Shown here: in pieces, positions 56,013 through 64,000 of the stretch
Position numbering within the stretch: the stretch's first letter is position 1
How the letters are laid out: the number at the start of each line of letters is the position of its first letter
Assembly: GCA_052034935.1 (NCBI GenBank)
Contig: JBPOIB010000003.1
Location: forward strand, 34,407 to 98,406
Length of the DNA stretch: 64,000 bases
Direction: 5' to 3'
DNA from: Candidatus Moraniibacteriota bacterium
Lineage (GTDB): Bacteria; Patescibacteriota; Minisyncoccia; Moranbacterales; UBA1568
Position numbers and translations under genes: made by a program
The notes under the pieces: generated by a model
What the model was told of the DNA's origin: nothing
The model's input: only the letters and a program-made list of their open reading frames with translations
The model's database searches: none

Positions 56013-56564
56013 ATGACCAAAAAAGCGATCCTTGCCGGCGGTTGCTTCTGGTGCACCGAGGCGATCTACAAACGGCTGCGCGGTGTTATTTCCGTTGTGC
56101 CCGGCTACACGGGCGGTAAAAATGAGAACCCGACATATACGGAGGTTTCAACAGGCGAAACCGGCCATGCCGAAGCAATTGAAATCGAATATGATCCGAC
56201 TCTCATACCGTACGAGAAATTGCTCGATATATTTTTTCATACGCACAACCCAACGACATTGGACCAGCAGGGGGCCGATATCGGAACCCAGTATCGTTCA
56301 GGAATTTTTTATTCTGATGAGGCCGAAAAAGGAATTGCTGAGCGAATGATAAAAGAATTGGAGACAGAGCGCGTCTATCCGGATCCGGTCGTGACCGAAG
56401 TTGCTCCGTTCACTGCATTTTACCAGGCAGAAAATTACCACCGCGATTATTACGATCGCAATCAGAATCAAGGGTACTGCAATATTGTGATTAGCCCAAA
56501 AATCGCCAAGCTTCTAAAAGAGTACGCGGACGATGTAAAAGACGAATTCAAGAAAATAGTGTAA
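56013..56564 (+). CDS. msrA: Peptide-methionine (S)-S-oxide reductase
   Basis: GGCFWCTEA active site. Confidence 0.9.
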   Translation: MTKKAILAGGCFWCTEAIYKRLRGVISVVPGYTGGKNENPTYTEVSTGETGHAEAIEIEYDPTLIPYEKLLDIFFHTHNPTTLDQQGADIGTQYRSGIFYSDEAEKGIAERMIKELETERVYPDPVVTEVAPFTAFYQAENYHRDYYDRNQNQGYCNIVISPKIAKLLKEYADDVKDEFKKIV

Positions 56565-56577
56565 AGTAGATTCAAGA

Positions 56578-56620
56578 AAAAGACGGCTCCAAAAAGATAG
56601 GCCGTCTTTTTATTTTTTCA
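56578..56620. terminator. Bidirectional rho-independent terminator
   Basis: AGACGGC-loop-GCCGTCT, then a T-run, after msrA. Confidence 0.65.
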
Positions 56621-56630
56621 ACCAGAATGC

Positions 56631-57272
56631 TTAGGTCCCCAGATCGGATTTCTTCCACTCGGGGATTCCTCCGACCTCGCGCTCGATCGATGAAGCGAGA
56701 CGGAGCGCCGGCTCGTTCGCTGCCGGGACAATCGGATAATGCCGCGAGCGGTCCAGCGCCTCCGCGATATCGATGAGACTCTCTTCGCTCGTAATCCACT
56801 CTGTCCCGAAATGCTTGAGATTGAATGGTCGCGAGTACTCACGCAAAGTCTTCCGACCGGTGGTCGTCATGTAATATTCATGAAAATAGGAGAGGACCAG
56901 TTCGCGCACGGTCCGATACACGGGATCACGGTATCGGAGCACACCATGATTCGTTTTCGACAGAGCACCCCAATACCCATTTCTTTTAAACAACGTCACC
57001 ACATGATCGTAGTCATAACGAAGCGCTCGGAGATCGAGGATAAGCGGCTCTTCGCCGTGATACCAAAGTGCCAAGGCGGCGAGACAGGCTGCCTCAATAC
57101 AGTGTGCTTTACCTTCGCGCAGGACCGCTCGCGGGGAGTGAAACGTCAATTCATTCTTCTCCAAGTTGAAGGGGAGGGTGTCGAGATAATCCTGGATCTT
57201 CGCTGGCGTCGAGAGCCTTTGAAAAAACAATTCCTCTTTTTTATTGAGCCCAAAAATATCTTTTGACATATC
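56631..57272 (-). CDS. Hypothetical protein, possibly a papain/transglutaminase-like Cys-His fold
   Basis: GKAHCIEAACLAAL...DYDHVV. The start is set at MSKDIFG; the ORF track runs to 57536 and overlaps the upstream gene. Confidence 0.35.
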   Translation of the reverse strand, partial: DMSKDIFGLNKKEELFFQRLSTPAKIQDYLDTLPFNLEKNELTFHSPRAVLREGKAHCIEAACLAALALWYHGEEPLILDLRALRYDYDHVVTLFKRNGYWGALSKTNHGVLRYRDPVYRTVRELVLSYFHEYYMTTTGRKTLREYSRPFNLKHFGTEWITSEESLIDIAEALDRSRHYPIVPAANEPALRLASSIEREVGGIPEWKKSDLGT

Positions 57273-57348
57273 ACCAGTATAGTCGGAAAAGAAAAACGCC
57301 GCCCATCCGGTTGAGACCGGGGACGGCGCGCATGCTGCTGACACACCA

Positions 57349-58050
57349 TCAGATACGGCGGAGGTTCTTCCACCAAGGGTAGAACGCGCCAAAGAAGGCG
57401 CCGAAGGCAGTGGCCCACAGAGTGAGCATCGCCGCCGTTGGTAGCGCTCCCCGCTTGACGTAGAATAGAGAGAATTCGCGAGCGAGATCTTCCCTGTTTT
57501 CAGCCAAGAGTACGAAGCCACCAACGAGGACGGCAAAGGCAGTAATCGAAGCGACCAGACCGGCTACCGCAAACGGAACGAGGCCGCGCCGCGACCAGAT
57601 CATGAATCCAGTTCCGACTGTCATGCCCGCAGCGGTGGCGAGAACGGAGTTGAAGCCGAAGAGAAACACCGCAAAGGCAAAAACCGATAGAGCAATAAGC
57701 GTCCACACCTTGGTCTCACGTTTGACTGAACGCGTCCGCTCAGGCGCCAAATCAACTCCAGCTGCATAGAGAGCCGAGCCCGTCACCAGACTCAGGAAAC
57801 CAGCACCAAAGGCTGCACTCTCGAGCGGGAACCACCAAGGAAAGAGCGATGCCGGCTGCCAGAAGTCGAGCTGGTACACGCCGTTGATGGCCGGACCACC
57901 GATGGCACCACAAAGCGCCATGACACGCATCGCCTTTCCGATTTGAGGATCGCTGAAGACAAGGTGGGTGGCCCTGGCGGCAAGACTGGTGAAGAGAGCG
58001 AGGGTGATGTACGCCGTCGACAAATCAATCGCGAACATGAGACACTCCAC
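57349..58050 (-). CDS. Hypothetical polytopic membrane protein
   Basis: Six hydrophobic helices. Confidence 0.4.
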   Translation of the reverse strand: MECLMFAIDLSTAYITLALFTSLAARATHLVFSDPQIGKAMRVMALCGAIGGPAINGVYQLDFWQPASLFPWWFPLESAAFGAGFLSLVTGSALYAAGVDLAPERTRSVKRETKVWTLIALSVFAFAVFLFGFNSVLATAAGMTVGTGFMIWSRRGLVPFAVAGLVASITAFAVLVGGFVLLAENREDLAREFSLFYVKRGALPTAAMLTLWATAFGAFFGAFYPWWKNLRRI

Positions 58051-58117
58051 GAAAAGTTGTTAAAGATGTCCGCACTCTACCAGCTTTTTCCCCACTGTCA
58101 ATACCTCCACTCAGAGC

Positions 58118-58837
58118 TTAAATACTATTCGTCGAAGCCATACCAGCCGCTGTGGCTACCAAGCGACGCTTACGCCACTTATCGAATTCGACGGCAAAAC
58201 GAAGAAAGACAACACTCGTACCAACAATCGAGAAGAGCAACCGGGGTGGCGGGAGGGTATCAAAATTGCGGAGATATTCGCCCCACATTTCCGGCCGGAG
58301 ATCAGCGCCGATTGCATTGCTCTCATTCATCATGGCGCGGACGACGAGAAGGAAGAAGGCGAGATAGCCGAAGCGGAGCAGATTGCGCCAGCGTACCGGT
58401 CCGATTGCCATCATCGCCCGGTCATTCGAGATGAGTGTCATCATCGTAAAAATCGCCATGGCCGAAATGCCGAGGAGGAAATCGCTTGTCCAGAAGTTCT
58501 CAAAAAATCCGTACCAATAACGTTCAGGTTGCAGAATCGGGAGAAGAAGCATATAGGTCAGAGCCGAGAAGTAGCCGAGCAGGCCGAAGTATTTTCGGTA
58601 CACGACTTTGCTATCGAGAAAATCAAAGAAGTAACCCAGTGAGGACAGCGAGAGTGAGGCCGCAAAAAGAAAATTCGCCGTGCCCGCCATAACTTTGGCA
58701 AACGAGATGAGCGTGAACGGTCCATCCAGCAGTGTGACGTACAAAAAGAAAAACCCATTCACTCCGAACATGATGAGGAGCGAATTCATCCACAGCTTTC
58801 TCGTCATCGCCGCACGCGGATCAATAGCGTCAGTCAT
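58118..58837 (-). CDS. Hypothetical polytopic membrane protein
   Basis: Six hydrophobic helices; no His ligands, so a heme protein of the YedZ type is unlikely. Confidence 0.4.
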   Translation of the reverse strand: MTDAIDPRAAMTRKLWMNSLLIMFGVNGFFFLYVTLLDGPFTLISFAKVMAGTANFLFAASLSLSSLGYFFDFLDSKVVYRKYFGLLGYFSALTYMLLLPILQPERYWYGFFENFWTSDFLLGISAMAIFTMMTLISNDRAMMAIGPVRWRNLLRFGYLAFFLLVVRAMMNESNAIGADLRPEMWGEYLRNFDTLPPPRLLFSIVGTSVVFLRFAVEFDKWRKRRLVATAAGMASTNSI

Positions 58838-58952
58838 AAGGGAAATATTTCCTCTTCAGTATATATCGAAATAGGGTCGATTGACTTCAGGGGCCCGCTC
58901 GGGTAATCTGGTCAGTCGTCACTTAACAACTCATCTCTCGAAAGGACATACG

Positions 58953-60497
58953 ATGAATGCCTTCAATGCGCATTGGCCCGACGTCCGTGTCGAGGACGTC
59001 TTTCTTGTGACCGGAAACGGCCTCACCACCATCCGAAGCTGGGAAAGGTTTCGGAAGGCTCGCTGGTACAAAAAGGCGACCGGGAACCTGCGTCGTCTAC
59101 CAGCAGTCTACGCCCTCGGTGAGGCCTACAAACACTTCTGCAAAATTCACGACCAAGAGCCAGAATGGATGAAGCGCCTACCTGAAAATATGCGGGGGAG
59201 CCTCCGTCATCTTTGGCTCACCGGCGATTGGTTCGATCCGCTCTGGATCATTCAGTACCGGCAAGGTCTCGGGTTCTCATTTGCGGTCGAGAGCGATGGC
59301 TTCATCCATGATGTTGCCGAAGCACTCAATGTATTCCGGCTCGGTGAAATCCGGCAGCTCGGTTTCCTGCATGACCCCGTTGTGAACAACGACACAGCTG
59401 ATATCGGGCTCGCCGAAAACTTCCATCACACCCGCCTCCTTCATTCCGCAACCGTGATGGCAACAGCCGCCCTCATCGCGCACAGACTTCGGCTGCCGAA
59501 ACTCCTCACTCGTCATCTCTTGGTCGCCGCGCTCACCCATGACATCTTGACTCCGGCGGGCGGGGACTCAGTCAAGCCTATCGATCCTGATGGGCTCGAC
59601 GAAGACCAGCACTACCCGGAAGCTTTTCGCAATAACCCGCGTTGGGAAGTAGTGAGTCGGCGCTATCGACTCGATGAAACACTCCTAGCGAAAACCGTTG
59701 CCGGAAAGGGATTACTGGGGCAACTCCTCGACATTGCCGACAAGACCACGTATGTCGATCACGATGTCGACGCCTACCTGAAGTGGAATGACCCGCGGAA
59801 GTTTCGTTGGCTCGTTCCGTCAGCAGGCTTCGTCGAGGTTTGGGATCTTCGGAAGAAACTCGGACAAAAAGCCTGCCGACTGTGGGACTCTCTCGAGCTC
59901 GTCGCTGGGAAGCTCGTCATCACGAACCCGAGTCGTCTCGCCGGTTTCCTCCGCTTGCGTGCACTCATGTTCCGTCACCTGTACTTCAACCCACGTGCCC
60001 GCTACCGAGAGCAGATGCTCGCGCTGCTCGTCATCGAGCCGCTCTACCACGAAGGACGACTCACCCGTGAGATGCTGCTCCGAATGACAGACCATGAGCT
60101 CATGCGTTGGATCGACCAGGAGACAGGGTGTGACATCAAGGAACACCTCTCGCGCAGTGACTGTGCGCCCGCAATCGAGTCATTCGCCACAGAAGGAGAA
60201 GCGCTCTCCCGGCTCCGGGCGCTTCACCAGAGCGATCGGACACTTCTCTTCATGCTCGAGACTTTCCCAGAGCCGAGCAAGAAAGCCGTCCGGGCCCTCG
60301 TCCGCGACGAGCGGGGTGATATCCGACCATTCGAAGAAGCCTACCCCGAGGAAGCCGACGGCATCCTTGCCTTCGGCCGAGACTCAACGCCCGTCAAGCT
60401 CTATATCCTCAACAAATGGAAAGCCGGCCGGGTGCTGCCGCGAGACCTTTGGGAAAAGCTCTACGCCAGGCAACGAGTACGCTTCAACCTCGAGTGA
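58953..60497 (+). CDS. HD-domain phosphohydrolase (distant dGTPase-like) with extra N- and C-terminal regions
   Basis: FHHTRLLHSATV...ALTHDILTP...DKTTYVDHD gives an H..HD..D pattern; start set at MNAFNAHW. Confidence 0.5.
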   Translation: MNAFNAHWPDVRVEDVFLVTGNGLTTIRSWERFRKARWYKKATGNLRRLPAVYALGEAYKHFCKIHDQEPEWMKRLPENMRGSLRHLWLTGDWFDPLWIIQYRQGLGFSFAVESDGFIHDVAEALNVFRLGEIRQLGFLHDPVVNNDTADIGLAENFHHTRLLHSATVMATAALIAHRLRLPKLLTRHLLVAALTHDILTPAGGDSVKPIDPDGLDEDQHYPEAFRNNPRWEVVSRRYRLDETLLAKTVAGKGLLGQLLDIADKTTYVDHDVDAYLKWNDPRKFRWLVPSAGFVEVWDLRKKLGQKACRLWDSLELVAGKLVITNPSRLAGFLRLRALMFRHLYFNPRARYREQMLALLVIEPLYHEGRLTREMLLRMTDHELMRWIDQETGCDIKEHLSRSDCAPAIESFATEGEALSRLRALHQSDRTLLFMLETFPEPSKKAVRALVRDERGDIRPFEEAYPEEADGILAFGRDSTPVKLYILNKWKAGRVLPRDLWEKLYARQRVRFNLE

Positions 60498-60515
60498 ATC
60501 CACTCCACCCTTCAG

Positions 60516-60550
60516 AACGAGTTTCGCGACTCGTTCTTTTCTTTTCTTCA
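60516..60550 (+). terminator. Rho-independent terminator after the HD gene
   Basis: GAACGAGT-TTCGCG-ACTCGTTC, then a T-rich run. Confidence 0.65.
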
Positions 60551-60562
60551 AAAACAACGGTT

Positions 60563-61027
60563 TTATTCAGCAGAAGTCGTGGTGGCCGTTTCGCTCGGAC
60601 GAAGCATGGAAAGCGAAAGAATAAAAATTGAAATGATAATCACGGTACACATAAGGCACAGCAGACAGTATTGATGGATGAAGAAAATCTCGCGATAGAT
60701 AATGAACCCGTTGAAGCCTATCCCCATCGCGGAAAGCACCGCGAGTACCTTGGCCGGCATCGTTGAGACACGACAGTGGCCATACCACGCGATACAGAAG
60801 AGAATCGGGTAGACGACGAGAGCGATAAAAGGGAAGGGGATGCCGAAGACGAGCGAGAGTGGGTTCCGAAGCACATCCGAGCACGAGCCCACACCAAAGG
60901 CATCGCAGGCGGTCGAGAGTTCCGATTGACCGACGAAGTGATAACCGTACGCCTTGTAGCTAAGGTAGCCCGCGTTCACAATTGCCACCGCTGCGAGCAC
61001 CATGATCACGAGATATTTTTTTGACAT
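60563..61027 (-). CDS. Vitamin K epoxide reductase (VKOR)-family membrane protein
   Basis: Loop Cys pair CDAFGVGSC; TM CxxC in YCLLCL. Confidence 0.7.
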   Translation of the reverse strand: MSKKYLVIMVLAAVAIVNAGYLSYKAYGYHFVGQSELSTACDAFGVGSCSDVLRNPLSLVFGIPFPFIALVVYPILFCIAWYGHCRVSTMPAKVLAVLSAMGIGFNGFIIYREIFFIHQYCLLCLMCTVIIISIFILSLSMLRPSETATTTSAE

Positions 61028-61150
61028 ACCGTTTCCTTATAAATCTGCTCTCAGTGTAGCAAATCAAAACCCCCTCGAGGAGAGTCTGGATCCTGTGAGC
61101 TCCCTGGTACACACGGTTAGAACTAATTTCCTAAATTATAGACAGAGTGA

Positions 61151-61960
61151 CTAAAAATATCTCTCCAGTTTTGAGATAATCTTTTGTGCTTTTTTTGGAA
61201 CGTTAGATATTTTCAACGTAAACGTACCACGCATATCAAGAAAAGAATCAATTTCTGAAATATCCTGTTTCGTAACACTAGGGTGCTCTCTCATCCAGGA
61301 AACGAAGTCTGCACTAACTCTAGTATCGAGCTTCGTTTCAAAAATAAACTTTCCAATAACATTTTTGTACTCTTCCTCGTCTTGCTTGAGAGGATTCTTA
61401 TCAAAAAGTACTTCCATTTTTTGTTTGGTACGCACCCGTAAAATAGAACGATCCACTGCTAAAGGGTGAGTAATCACCAGACGCTGTAACCGGCTTTTCT
61501 GTCGACGCAACCAAAGAGCGTCAGTTTCAGGGCGGGCGTAGTAGAACCAGTCATGGGGAGCAATGGAATACGTAGGAAACGAAAGAGGAAGTTCTTCTTC
61601 AACAAGAAGAAAGGCTTGAGTCCAGTAGAGCTCTAACTCTCTCAGCGTTCGAAATCTGAGCTTCACATACTCTCCTGGTCTGAGATCTAGGAAAGAGCTT
61701 GTGCGAGCAGATGATTGATACATACGAGCCATACGATTCAATCGCCCAAGCTCTTTATCAATCCACCAAAGAGAGAGGCTCACACTCTTGGCGTGAAACG
61801 TTATGACTTCTTTTTCTTTGAGAGCGCGTAAGGCCTTATATACCCCCTGAATACTTACATGATTTTCTCTCTGAAGCTCGGTTAATAGAACAGCCTTCTC
61901 AATTGAACCCTTTCCGAGAAAATCTATAATTCTTTCTTCAATATTCGTGTCTGGCATCAT
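61151..61960 (-). CDS. Hypothetical protein with an N-terminal winged-HTH (low-GC gene)
   Basis: IIDFLGKGSIEKAVLLTELQRENHVSIQGVYKALRALKEKEVI resembles a MarR/TrmB-type wHTH; about 200 aa of unknown function follow. Confidence 0.4.
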   Translation of the reverse strand: MMPDTNIEERIIDFLGKGSIEKAVLLTELQRENHVSIQGVYKALRALKEKEVITFHAKSVSLSLWWIDKELGRLNRMARMYQSSARTSSFLDLRPGEYVKLRFRTLRELELYWTQAFLLVEEELPLSFPTYSIAPHDWFYYARPETDALWLRRQKSRLQRLVITHPLAVDRSILRVRTKQKMEVLFDKNPLKQDEEEYKNVIGKFIFETKLDTRVSADFVSWMREHPSVTKQDISEIDSFLDMRGTFTLKISNVPKKAQKIISKLERYF

Positions 61961-62077
61961 CTGAGATTAAACTTTTAGTTTAATATTTAACTAAAGTAAA
62001 GCTTTTTTTAGATGAATTGTCAATAATGTGACATCTTCAATCCGCGAGATACTCGTGTTCTTTCGAAAGGAAATGTA

Positions 62078-62299
62078 ATGCCTCCGAGTGGATTCAGTGA
62101 AAAGGCCATCGAGGGAGCCCTCGTCTTCATCAAGGGCTGTTATGAAGATCTGCTTCAGGAGGTGAGGGACGGGAAACATCCTTCTCCTGAAGTAGCCATC
62201 GAGTACGAGATCAGCCAAATCGGGAAGGCTTTGGCGAAGCTCCACATCGACAAGGATGGCAGTCTGGTGGAGCGCACCACCGTCCATGCGACCAGCTAG
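62078..62299 (+). CDS. Hypothetical small protein
   Basis: 73-aa ORF followed by a strong terminator. Confidence 0.3.
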   Translation: MPPSGFSEKAIEGALVFIKGCYEDLLQEVRDGKHPSPEVAIEYEISQIGKALAKLHIDKDGSLVERTTVHATS

Positions 62300-62353
62300 A
62301 AGAACTAGCCATCACAACTTACCTTCCACTGTCATGTGCAGTGGAGGGTTTTC

Positions 62354-62384
62354 ATTTTTAGACACAAAAAAGAGGCCTATCAAA
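62354..62384. terminator. Bidirectional rho-independent terminator
   Basis: A6, then AGAGGC-CTATCAAA-GCCTCT, then TTTTCT. Confidence 0.7.
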
Positions 62385-62575
62385 GCCTCTTTTCTGAAAT
62401 TGAGCTGGCTGGTACAGGCGGTTAGAACCAACGCTCAAATGCTTCGCTAGACTGTTGAATTCTTTTGGCTTTCCTAAGCCATAAAGTTATCTTATCCACC
62501 GTTTATACATATTTTCCATCTTTTTTTACATCTTTTTGCATTGCCAAATGATAAATGCCATGTTACGCTGTCAGC

Positions 62576-63265
62576 ATGACGAATCAGCGGTTATCTAAAA
62601 AACAAGGCGATGTATACAACGAGATACGCCGCCACATCACAGACAGCGGGATTTCTCCTACGCTCGAGGAACTGAGGCAGGCATTAGGCCTGAAGTCACT
62701 TAACTCAGTGAAGCAGTTTGTTGATGCCCTCGAAAAAAGAGGGCTGATCAGACGACGTCCATATGAGAAGAGAAACATTGAGTTAGTTTCCGACACTCCA
62801 AGGGAAAATACCGGCGTTGTTCTACTCCCCGTCATTGCGTCGGCTGGCTGTGACGCGCTGAATGTTTTTGCGGATCAGCGTTTTGACGAACACCTGACCG
62901 TTGATTCAAGGTACATTCCAAAAAATAAGAGTTCAGATAACTTAGTTGTCTTTAAGGCTATCGGCCAGAGCATGGAAGCGTCTGGGATTAATAGCGGTGA
63001 CTATGTACTGGTAGAGCGAACGGATAGCGTGTCGAATGGTGACAGAGTCGTTGCAAGCGTTGGCGACATGGCAGTAATCAAGCGTCTCCGGGTCGGAAAA
63101 AATGCGACTACTCTCGATCCAGATTCCCCTAATCCTTACTACCGACGGATTGTGATGAAAGATAACTCGAGCATTTTCGGAAAAGTCCTCGATGTCATCA
63201 AGACAAGTATGGATGACCAATACGTGCTTGAGTTCGAAGGTGGTAGACGAGAGATTCTGAACTAG
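62576..63265 (+). CDS. lexA: LexA-like repressor (wHTH + S24 peptidase, Ser-Lys dyad)
   Basis: N-terminal LSKKQGDVYNEIRRHI...SPTLEELRQALGLKSLNSV...LEKRGLIRR; C-terminal GQSMEASGI and VIKRL. Confidence 0.7.
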   Translation: MTNQRLSKKQGDVYNEIRRHITDSGISPTLEELRQALGLKSLNSVKQFVDALEKRGLIRRRPYEKRNIELVSDTPRENTGVVLLPVIASAGCDALNVFADQRFDEHLTVDSRYIPKNKSSDNLVVFKAIGQSMEASGINSGDYVLVERTDSVSNGDRVVASVGDMAVIKRLRVGKNATTLDPDSPNPYYRRIVMKDNSSIFGKVLDVIKTSMDDQYVLEFEGGRREILN

Positions 63266-63457
63266 CAGTTCTGTTATACCCTTTTGAAGGTCAAAAAAAG
63301 CCGTCATTGAGGACGGTTTTTTTGGGCGTTTAAATCAAATGGAGCCCTTTCCTGAAAGACTCCGGTCGTACTTGAGAAGCTAGCAATGAACACAAAAGCT
63401 TACTACTTTGACTGTAACATGCTGACACCCGATTAAACAACCCTCACCGAAAACAGT

Positions 63458-63613
63458 ATGAGCAAGGACGCTAAAACTTCTCTGCGTGGTCGAGATGCAG
63501 AAACGGGTCAATTCACTACCGTTGAAGAGGCCCGCCGACATCCCAAAGACCATGTGGTAGAACGTGTTCCGAAGCCAGGCTACGGCGACACTGAAAAAAA
63601 GAGTCAGCGATAA
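63458..63613 (+). CDS. Hypothetical 51-aa charged protein, absent from the ORF track
   Basis: ATG...TAA ORF: MSKDAKTSLRGRDAETGQFTTVEEARRHPKDHVVERVPKPGYGDTEKKSQR. Confidence 0.25.
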   Translation: MSKDAKTSLRGRDAETGQFTTVEEARRHPKDHVVERVPKPGYGDTEKKSQR

Positions 63614-63691
63614 GCCGTAGTTAAAGGTTGTTAAGGGTCGAGGTTTCATCTGAGGAAAGGGGATGTCCTCGACTCAAAACAATCAAATCAT

Positions 63692-64000
63692 ATGCCAACA
63701 CTACATCACCTATTTTTCTCCCAAGATACAAATAAACGAACATTGCATCGGAACATAGCTCCGACACCAAGACAGCAGGAAATGCAGCAAGAACGGTGGC
63801 ATGATGTTTGTGATTATTTGATAGAAGACCTGCAAGAGCGTACTGGGATAACAATCTCATCCTGGCTCCAAGGATCGTATAAGTTAGGCACCCAAATAAG
63901 GCCGACCAAAAAATCTCAAGGGTTTGATATTGATCTAGGAATTTATTTTCACCTAGAAAATAATCCTCTCACTGAGGAGGGTACTATTTCCCCTAAAATA
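63692..64000 (+). CDS. Nucleotidyltransferase-fold protein (GS...DxD; CD-NTase/SMODS-like), 3' partial, runs off the window
   Basis: Open frame from ATG 63692 to the window end; WLQGSYKLGTQIRPTKKSQGFDIDLGIYF gives a Gly-Ser then Asp-x-Asp minimal NTase motif. Confidence 0.45.
   Translation, partial: MPTLHHLFFSQDTNKRTLHRNIAPTPRQQEMQQERWHDVCDYLIEDLQERTGITISSWLQGSYKLGTQIRPTKKSQGFDIDLGIYFHLENNPLTEEGTISPKI

Noticed and set aside
1-64000. CRISPR arrays, rRNA genes, IS elements and transposases
   Set aside because: No short direct repeats with regular unique spacers were seen, no rRNA-like conserved blocks, and no DDE transposase or inverted-repeat-bounded elements.

Overview
This 64 kb window comes from a compact bacterial chromosome of about 55% GC that appears to use the standard genetic code. 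Translation, RNA-metabolism and cell-wall housekeeping genes dominate (infB, cca, pnp, rpsO, rpsA, gmk, tilS, ftsH, gyrA, rsmA, rbfA, msrAB, lspA, comM, and UvrD, UDG and DHH-family genes). Short IF-2, a tandem-fused GH130 and many small hypotheticals are consistent with a reduced-genome, Gram-positive-like or Patescibacteria (CPR) lineage; that placement is an inference. I found seven tRNAs by eye: Pro-CGG, Leu-UAG, Val-GAC, Ala-GGC, Arg-CCU, Leu-UAA and Cys-GCA. Several rho-independent terminators and two sigma70-like promoters are also listed. Three regions are not ordinary housekeeping. (1) A roughly 13 kb minus-strand operon at 7.9-20.7 kb encodes a minimal Gram-positive-type type IV secretion-like apparatus: a LysM+CHAP hydrolase, VirB6/TrbL, PrgI/VirB3, and a VirB4 ATPase cut in two by a single in-frame TGA. 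It also carries a CPBP protease and a 952-aa Cys-rich surface protein. The operon is flanked by tRNA-Leu and a Xer-like tyrosine recombinase, and no VirD4 or relaxase is visible in the window. (2) An AT-rich islet at 48.9-50.6 kb lies between tRNA genes and encodes an O-antigen-ligase-like protein whose CDS contains five copies of an 18-bp CACGTG-core palindrome, read in two different frames. (3) A low-GC terminal region at 61.1-64 kb encodes a wHTH protein, a LexA-like S24 repressor, small ORFs and the 5' end of a GS...DxD nucleotidyltransferase that runs off the window. A 424-nt tRNA-flanked spacer (7361-7784) with RNase P RNA-like motifs is a candidate structured ncRNA. No CRISPR array and no rRNA gene is present.
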